Below are positions 57,915-64,000 of a DNA stretch of 64,000 nt, piece after piece (position 1 is the stretch's first letter; each line of letters begins with the position of its first letter). Position numbers and translations under genes: made by a program. Where the stretch lies: the NCBI GenBank assembly GCA_963674695.2, contig CAXXGI010000001.1, positions 736,001 through 800,000 on the forward strand. The letters run 5' to 3'. The notes under the pieces are model-generated. The model was not told the DNA's origin. It worked only from the letters and a program-made list of their open reading frames with translations, and did no database searches. This DNA is from a bacterium (lineage in GTDB: Bacteria > UBA10199 > 2-02-FULL-44-16 > JAAZCA01).

Positions 57915-58820
57915 GTGACCATCGCTGGCATCAATCCATTTGCACTTACCGGAATAACGCCATTCGAGGCCATCATTCCCCCGACCTGTTTCGCTCACTC
58001 GACCGAAAATGAGGTGGACCCCCCCCTGAATTCGCCCCCACCTGCGGATGAATGGATTCCCCCCACGCCGCCGTCACGGGAGGAGCGCGGGCAGATCGCT
58101 GCGGAACTGGGGCACGATCTCCGAGACATCTGGGAGCATTCCCGCAGACGAAACTTGAGCCTCATCCGCCTGCCGTGGGAGAAGGAACCGGAGGACGGAA
58201 CCCGCAGCTTCGAATCCTTTCGCTTCCCCACGACGACCAAAGAGATCCCCAAGACCGGCGAGATGATCGACGTCATCCTGGAGGCGCAGGCACGCCGAAA
58301 GGGATGTGCTATCGAGGAGCTGACAGTCGTGGCAGCCTTTCACGGCGGCAATGTCATGGAGATTCTGATGTGGTTGGAAAAGGGAGTTCGCGTCATCGCG
58401 GCCGACACGAGCACTTCGGCAGGCTTCAGCCTCCGTCATCGATTGAAACGAGGCGGGCATGACACGCGCCGCCTCACGACCACCAACCCGTTCTGGGCGA
58501 GAACGCCGAAGGGGGATATCGTCACGGCATGCCATCCCAACCCGAGCCCCTGGGACCTGCTGCGCTTTCCCCCTTGGAGCTATCTGCAGAATCCGGCGCG
58601 CAGCTTCACCGGCTACGGCAACCCCGGCGCCCTCTTCATCGTGCAATCTGACTATATCGATTCCTACACCGAACCGCTCATCGCCGATCCTCGATTTTCG
58701 GCGCTCCTGCACGTGCCGATCAATCCGCTGCACTATTTCTTCCCGAGCCCCTTGCTCTGGAAACGATCCGAACTCCTGATCGCGGCACACGACGAAACTT
58801 CGTCAACGCGTCAGCCCTGA
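57915..58820 (+). CDS. Hypothetical protein (possible degenerate Rossmann/methyltransferase fold)
   Basis: AAGGAG RBS; VVAAFHGGN...VRVIAAD segment. Confidence 0.55.
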   Translation: MTIAGINPFALTGITPFEAIIPPTCFAHSTENEVDPPLNSPPPADEWIPPTPPSREERGQIAAELGHDLRDIWEHSRRRNLSLIRLPWEKEPEDGTRSFESFRFPTTTKEIPKTGEMIDVILEAQARRKGCAIEELTVVAAFHGGNVMEILMWLEKGVRVIAADTSTSAGFSLRHRLKRGGHDTRRLTTTNPFWARTPKGDIVTACHPNPSPWDLLRFPPWSYLQNPARSFTGYGNPGALFIVQSDYIDSYTEPLIADPRFSALLHVPINPLHYFFPSPLLWKRSELLIAAHDETSSTRQP

Positions 58821-59533
58821 CGCCGCTTCCACAACACATCGAGCGCCGCGCCGTAGCGGGGGCCCAGGACGACGGGGTCGGTCGATTCCGGTTCGTTGTT
58901 CATCGTGACGAAGGGGACGCGCACACCGGCGAGTGTCAGGAACCCATCGCGTTTGGCCTCCGTGAGCTGCGGCCAGTCATCCTCTTTATAGAAGCGCGCC
59001 ATGTCCTCGTCGGGGCACTTGTGCGCCAAAATCGATGATTTCAGTTTCTCCTGATAACGCGCCTCGTTGCGCCGAAGGCTCTCCTGGCCCGTGACCTCGA
59101 TGTAGAGAATCGCGGCGCGCTCATAGATCTTGGGGTCGAGGCGAGCGAGTGAGGAGGCATAGGGTTTCTCGCCGCCGCGCGAAAATTCGATGAGGAGCGT
59201 TCCATCATTATAAAAGTCAGCGTTCGAGAGATACTTCCGCGCGATCTCGAAGCTGAACTTCTCCATCAGGAAATCGAAGAGATCGCCCGAGTCGAGGACA
59301 TAGCCGTTTCCGGCACGCTTGGAGTGCAGGCGTTTCCCCTTCACGCGCTCCCACAAGTCGTCCTCCTCAAACTTCTCCCAGAGCCAGACGAAATCGTCCT
59401 GCACGGTCATGCGCCCAACGTGAAAACGTTCGGCCCGCTCGCCGTCGGAGAGCTTGCTCATAAAATCGAGGAATTCCGACTTTCCCGACGCCGGACGGCC
59501 CAACACGAAAAGATGATCGAATGTGCGCTCCAT
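58811..59533 (-). CDS. Uncharacterised P-loop (nucleotide-kinase-like) protein, paralog 2
   Basis: GRPASGKS Walker A; IEFSRG; ESLRRN.AR. Confidence 0.8.
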   Translation of the reverse strand: MERTFDHLFVLGRPASGKSEFLDFMSKLSDGERAERFHVGRMTVQDDFVWLWEKFEEDDLWERVKGKRLHSKRAGNGYVLDSGDLFDFLMEKFSFEIARKYLSNADFYNDGTLLIEFSRGGEKPYASSLARLDPKIYERAAILYIEVTGQESLRRNEARYQEKLKSSILAHKCPDEDMARFYKEDDWPQLTEAKRDGFLTLAGVRVPFVTMNNEPESTDPVVLGPRYGAALDVLWKRRQG

Positions 59534-59688
59534 TGCCACCTCCCCTTCCCCCAGGGCCTGTGCCTACCACTAAAACGCCCAACCCCGCAAGTCGAACGAA
59601 AGCCCGCGTCGAAAGGCTGCGGTCATGCTCCAGACGGCTGAGATGCCCTGCATATGCGCTTTCGCTCCGCTCGCACGTTTTGGCGTAT

Positions 59689-59735
59689 GAAGAAAAAGCC
59701 GTCTCGGCGGCGTGTAAGCCGAGACGGCGGTCCCC
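59689..59735. repeat. Dispersed 47-bp hairpin repeat (inverted copy of 19069-19115)
   Basis: 44/47 identical by manual alignment. Confidence 0.8.
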
Positions 59736-59801
59736 TCCAGAGATTTTCCCGAACGATGGCTCAAAACCACACTTCAGCAGAAGGCCGAAATGAAGCGGCA
59801 T

Positions 59802-60539
59802 TCACTCGCCTTTATGCAATTCCATCAGGCGTTTGAGCGCCGGGGCGTAGCGCTTGGCGAGCGCATCGCGCTCGGTGAGTTCCGGGACGTTGCTCATCGT
59901 GACGAAGGGAACAGCCGTCCCCTTCACGTCGATGGTGCCGTCCGGACAATTGTCGGTGAGTTTTGCCCAGTCGTCGATGGAATAGAAGACATCCATCGTC
60001 TCGCGCGGCACCATGTGGGCGAGGATCGAATGCTTCTGTTTCTCCTCATAGCGCGCCACGTTGCGCCGCCAGCTCTCCTCGAAGTCGACCGAGACATAGA
60101 GGATCGCCGCGCGCTGGAGAATTTCTTTCGAGAGCCGGGAGAGCGCATGCCGATAGCCATCTTCGCCGCCGCGCGCAAACTCGATGATGAGCGTGCCATC
60201 GTTATAGAACTCCGGACGCGAAAGATAGCGCTCGGCCGTCTCATGGTTGAAACGCGTGAACATGAGTTCGAAGAGATTCGGTTCCTGATCGGGAATCATG
60301 CCGTAGTTCTCTTCATAGCGCTTGGAATAGAGGCGCGGCAGACCCGTCTCTTCCCAGAGATCGTCCTCCAGAAATTTCTCCCAAAGCCAGACGAAGTCGT
60401 CGAGTTCATCGAAACGACCGATGGAATAATCCTTCGCTCGCTCGGCATCACTCGTCTTCTTCATGAAGTCGATGAACTCGGATTTGCCCGCCGCGGGACG
60501 GCCCAGCAGAAGCAGATGGTCAAATGTGCGTGTCATCAT
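59802..60539 (-). CDS. Uncharacterised P-loop (nucleotide-kinase-like) protein, paralog 1
   Basis: GRPAAGKS Walker A; IEFARG; ESWRRN.AR; ATGA overlap with the upstream gene. Confidence 0.8.
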   Translation of the reverse strand: MMTRTFDHLLLLGRPAAGKSEFIDFMKKTSDAERAKDYSIGRFDELDDFVWLWEKFLEDDLWEETGLPRLYSKRYEENYGMIPDQEPNLFELMFTRFNHETAERYLSRPEFYNDGTLIIEFARGGEDGYRHALSRLSKEILQRAAILYVSVDFEESWRRNVARYEEKQKHSILAHMVPRETMDVFYSIDDWAKLTDNCPDGTIDVKGTAVPFVTMSNVPELTERDALAKRYAPALKRLMELHKGE

Positions 60540-62281
60540 TTCTCCTTTTCGTTTGAACCGAGGATCCTGGCCAATTGTAAGAGGGCCGAGATATTATGTT
60601 GGACGTAGTCGATGCGAATCTCGAACCCCGTGAGACTCTCGCGAAACGCTCCCATCGCCCGCTCGGGGTCGTGCATGAACATCGCCCACTCCGGATCAAA
60701 CTGGGTTTGCAGCTCAAATGCAACCCCTCGATTGATCGCTGTCAGAATCGTCTTCGCCTGCTCGGCACGTCCCGCATCCTGCGCCATCTGCCAAGCCGCG
60801 GCAAGCCCCTCCGAACGAATGGCCGTCGGCGTCGAGCGCGGCGGTTTGTAGTAGCTGCCCAACCAATCCGGGTACCGTGGCTTCCGGTTCTGCCGCGCAA
60901 CGATAGCACCTGCAATCTTCATCGCATGATCGAGATAGAGCTGCTTCGGCCGATGGCGGTAGAGGGCACCGAACGCATAGAGCAGCCAGTGATCGTGATT
61001 GATCTTGGCCCTCGATTTTTCCACATCGCGCACGGTGATGAGCCAGCGCGCGCCGCGCTCGGCGGCGTCGATGAGCGCGGCATCTTTGGTCAGATCGTAG
61101 AGGCGCACGAGGGCCAGGAGCGCCTCGCCGGGATAATAGTCGGAGACAAAACCGGTCGCCGATTCTTCGGGCCAGAAGATCTTGTGCGGCTGAAATTTCC
61201 CGTCTGCATGTTGTTGTTCGAGGATCCACCGTGCGAGTTTTTCCATCAGGGGCAGATACTGCCGATCGCCCGTGATTTCCTGATATTGTGTCAGGGCGAC
61301 GATGGCCAGGGCGTTTCCGCCGAGCTTCACCTCACGGCGTTCAACGACACACAGCGCCTTCCCATCATTGCCACAGGGTTTCATTTGTTCGAGGAGAAAG
61401 GAGATGGCGCGCCGAACCGCACCGATGAGCGCCTCGTCATGCATCACGGCATAGAGTTCCCCCATCGCGAAGATCGTCCCGGCATGCCGCAGGATATTAT
61501 ATTTTGCAGGGACGATCCCCTCGACCGGCTCATAGATATAATCGAAGCGTCCATCCGCATGCGTGGCCTGCACGAGGTAGGCCCCAGCCCGCGTCGCCGA
61601 TGCGATGAGATCCTCGCGCGAAAAACCATCGAACGACCGATGGCCCCGATAGAGCGGCACCTCGACCTCCCCATCGGAAAAACCGCTGGCCGCTTGAAAA
61701 CTCCACGCCGCTTGTTTCAACCGCTCATCCGTTCGTTTCGGCTCCAATAGAAACGCCGATGGTCGCCAGGCCTGCGCCTCTTCGCGCGTGGTGGCCAGGC
61801 CCATGAGCCCCTGACGCACGAGCATGATCTGTGTTGGGTTTACCCGTCTCACCGCATTCGCCTGCGAAACGACGTCGACGAGAACCCACTGCACCGCATC
61901 CGTCTCGGTCTGTTTCGCCTGGAAGCGATCGATCGCATCCTGAAGGGCGCGGGCAAAGCCACGTCCCGATCCCAAAACGGTGATCGCACGAGTCTTTGCG
62001 CCACCCGCCGAGAGGAAGAGCATGCGTGGATCCCGCTCCTGCACAACATCGGGTGGCAACATCGACTGCAGGGACTGTCCGCGGGTAAAGACGTTGTGTG
62101 CCAGATGCGCCAGACGTGCAGCGGCCTTGTCGGTAAAAATCAATGGGCGTGTCAGATCATCGAACCAGATTTCACGAGAGCTGTTCTGCACCGGAAGGAG
62201 CAGCGCCAAAGCGATGGCGGCCAGGATCGCCCCCGCAGCCGCGAGGGAGAAGATGAGCGTTCGATGGCGCGATCGACTCAT
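60536..62281 (-). CDS. Membrane-anchored alpha/alpha-toroid protein, paralog 2
   Basis: YNILRHAG, KLGGNALA, YYPGEA, HDHW and RIDYVQHNISA. Confidence 0.75.
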   Translation of the reverse strand: MSRSRHRTLIFSLAAAGAILAAIALALLLPVQNSSREIWFDDLTRPLIFTDKAAARLAHLAHNVFTRGQSLQSMLPPDVVQERDPRMLFLSAGGAKTRAITVLGSGRGFARALQDAIDRFQAKQTETDAVQWVLVDVVSQANAVRRVNPTQIMLVRQGLMGLATTREEAQAWRPSAFLLEPKRTDERLKQAAWSFQAASGFSDGEVEVPLYRGHRSFDGFSREDLIASATRAGAYLVQATHADGRFDYIYEPVEGIVPAKYNILRHAGTIFAMGELYAVMHDEALIGAVRRAISFLLEQMKPCGNDGKALCVVERREVKLGGNALAIVALTQYQEITGDRQYLPLMEKLARWILEQQHADGKFQPHKIFWPEESATGFVSDYYPGEALLALVRLYDLTKDAALIDAAERGARWLITVRDVEKSRAKINHDHWLLYAFGALYRHRPKQLYLDHAMKIAGAIVARQNRKPRYPDWLGSYYKPPRSTPTAIRSEGLAAAWQMAQDAGRAEQAKTILTAINRGVAFELQTQFDPEWAMFMHDPERAMGAFRESLTGFEIRIDYVQHNISALLQLARILGSNEKEK

Positions 62282-63540
62282 GTATCCTCCCCACGATAGA
62301 TGAAGCGACGCGCGAGGATCACCGCATGCATCTGATGCTGCGTCACATCGATGCGCAGGACCGGATCGTTTTTCGCGTTCATCACGCCGCCCACCGCACG
62401 CGGATCATCGGTCGGATGCTGACGCAGAAAACGATTGGCAATCTTGGAGTCCACCTGCCAGGTGGAGAGTTTGAAAAGGCCCCGGTCGACCACGCGCGCA
62501 AATGTTTCCTGCGCCGCCGCATCGTTTGTCAGGCGCGCCAGCTCCCAGGCCGTGATGATTCCCTCCTGGGCATAGGCGGTGTTCCTTCGGCGCGTGAGCG
62601 TGTGGTGCACATCAATCATCCAGTGGGCCAATGCGATGGAACGCTTTGCCCAGACCTCCGTGCCAGACCAATCGGCGCCAAAGATCTCATAAAAGGACAT
62701 CGTTCCCCACTGATAGAACCCCTTGGTCGTCGCGCTGTCCGGATCCCTTGCCAATGCGCGCTCGACGAAATCGCGATGCATCACCTCGGCCGATTCGAGC
62801 ACAACATCTTTCAGTGCATGATAGCCCGAATACCTTGCCGCACGGGCCATGGCGAGCAACGACTCGCCGTCGAAATAGGGAGAAGACCCACCCTTCCCGG
62901 CACCGTCCTCGATGGAATAGCGCTGATGAAAGTGGCCGTCCGGCATGCGCAGCGAGAGGAGAAAACGCAGATAGGCATCGCGATCCGCGGTGAGCTGCTT
63001 CCGGTTCGGAATGTCGCCGTCGCTGCGCAGAAAATCGATGTGCGCGAGCACGACGAGCGCCATCGTCCCGGTGCTGCCGACGCGTTCGTTCGGATAGACG
63101 ACATAGCGCCTCCCATCCTCGGTCACGCGCGAGTGTTTGCGAAAGAAGGCGAGCGCATCTCCAACGGCACGCGCGACATCGACCGACGGCCGATCCTGAT
63201 GGATGAGCGCGAGTCCCCACGCGGATCCCGCCTGTCGCACCTGACTGTCGCCGGGGATCTCTTTTTCGGAGACGAAGTCAAACTCATAGATGAAATTGCC
63301 CGCTTTTCTCTGACTGTTCAGGAGATAGCTTCGCCCCAGGTCGAGCGAGGCATCGAGGATCGTTCGTGTCAGTCGAGGAACAAAAGGGGGTGGCACTTCT
63401 TTCAATACCGATGCCGCAGACTTCGGCTTGGATGATCGAGGCGATTGTTGGTAGAGACACGCGCCAACTCGGACGAGAAAAAGAAACAGGACGATTACTG
63501 CCAAAACCCACCGTCCCCATGTCGGAATGCACAAACGCAT
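62278..63540 (-). CDS. Membrane-anchored alpha/alpha-toroid protein, paralog 1
   Basis: SQVRQAG, STGTMAL, YFDGESL and RIDVTQHQMHA; N-terminal TM helix. Confidence 0.72.
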   Translation of the reverse strand: MRLCIPTWGRWVLAVIVLFLFLVRVGACLYQQSPRSSKPKSAASVLKEVPPPFVPRLTRTILDASLDLGRSYLLNSQRKAGNFIYEFDFVSEKEIPGDSQVRQAGSAWGLALIHQDRPSVDVARAVGDALAFFRKHSRVTEDGRRYVVYPNERVGSTGTMALVVLAHIDFLRSDGDIPNRKQLTADRDAYLRFLLSLRMPDGHFHQRYSIEDGAGKGGSSPYFDGESLLAMARAARYSGYHALKDVVLESAEVMHRDFVERALARDPDSATTKGFYQWGTMSFYEIFGADWSGTEVWAKRSIALAHWMIDVHHTLTRRRNTAYAQEGIITAWELARLTNDAAAQETFARVVDRGLFKLSTWQVDSKIANRFLRQHPTDDPRAVGGVMNAKNDPVLRIDVTQHQMHAVILARRFIYRGEDT

Positions 63541-63547
63541 TGAAATC

Positions 63548-64000
63548 CTATCGCTTCTCCTCCGGCACATCCTTCGAAGCATCGACGCCGCGGTCGCGGC
63601 GAGCCAGCACCTCGTCGGCGGGAGTGACTTTGAGCGAAATAGCACCGGTGGGGCACAGCGGCACACACTTGAGACAACCGTCGCAGCTCGATTGCTCCCA
63701 CGGCTTCTCCATCGCGGCCTTCATCGTCGCGGAGAAACCGCGGCCGACAAACCCCAAGGCGTCGAGCCCCTTTACCTCGGCACAGACGCGCACACAGCTC
63801 GCGCACATGATGCACTTGTGGGACTCATACCGAATGAGCGGATGACTCTCGTCGATGAAGAAATGGCGTTTTTCGCCCGCGAACCGCTCGGGTTCAACGG
63901 CGTATTCATCGGAGAGCTTGCGCAGCGTGCAGGAATCGAAGGAGCGACAGCCACAGGTGAGACAGCGTTCGGCTTCGCGCTGAGCATCTTCCGGCGTGAA
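63548..64000 (-). CDS. C-terminus of an Fe-S oxidoreductase (GltD-like/ferredoxin fusion), 5' part outside window
   Basis: EAERCLTCGC...CTLR; KCIMCASCVRVC and CDGCLKCVPLCPTGA 4Fe-4S motifs; frame open to the window end. Confidence 0.85.
   Translation of the reverse strand, partial: FTPEDAQREAERCLTCGCRSFDSCTLRKLSDEYAVEPERFAGEKRHFFIDESHPLIRYESHKCIMCASCVRVCAEVKGLDALGFVGRGFSATMKAAMEKPWEQSSCDGCLKCVPLCPTGAISLKVTPADEVLARRDRGVDASKDVPEEKR

Noticed and set aside
14599-63435. Many long antisense or alternate-frame ORFs (e.g. 14599-15783, 19351-20520, 25546-26997, 39094-40458, 60596-61750)
   Set aside because: They are shadows of well-supported genes in GC-rich DNA and carry no motifs.

Overview
The window has two compositional zones. 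Positions 1 to ~12.56 kb are the AT-rich right part of an integrated mobile element: tyrosine integrase, excisionase, Rep_trans-like rolling-circle initiator, SpoVG-like protein, serine resolvase, three XRE HTH genes, and cargo of membrane or secreted proteins including an FG-GAP lipoprotein and a thermonuclease. It abuts a minus-strand tRNA cluster (Val-CAC, Arg-CCG, Ala-CGC). There, two host-type tRNA-Ala copies are broken, and an intact, sequence-distinct tRNA-Ala(CGC) sits on the element side of the junction. The rest (~12.6-64 kb) is GC-rich chromosome, probably deltaproteobacterial-like (inference). It carries a RAYT-type transposase, two Fic proteins, recQ, uup, an S9 peptidase, a large kinase-AAA-TPR-GAF-sigma54 activator, an L,D-transpeptidase, PhnD-like and MoxR genes, a DUF58-transglutaminase fusion, a lone citF, and an operon with two pairs of uncharacterised paralogs. 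Five near-consensus sigma54 promoters and several families of REP-like palindromes are present. No CRISPR array or rRNA was seen. All calls come from motif reading by eye; no searches were run.
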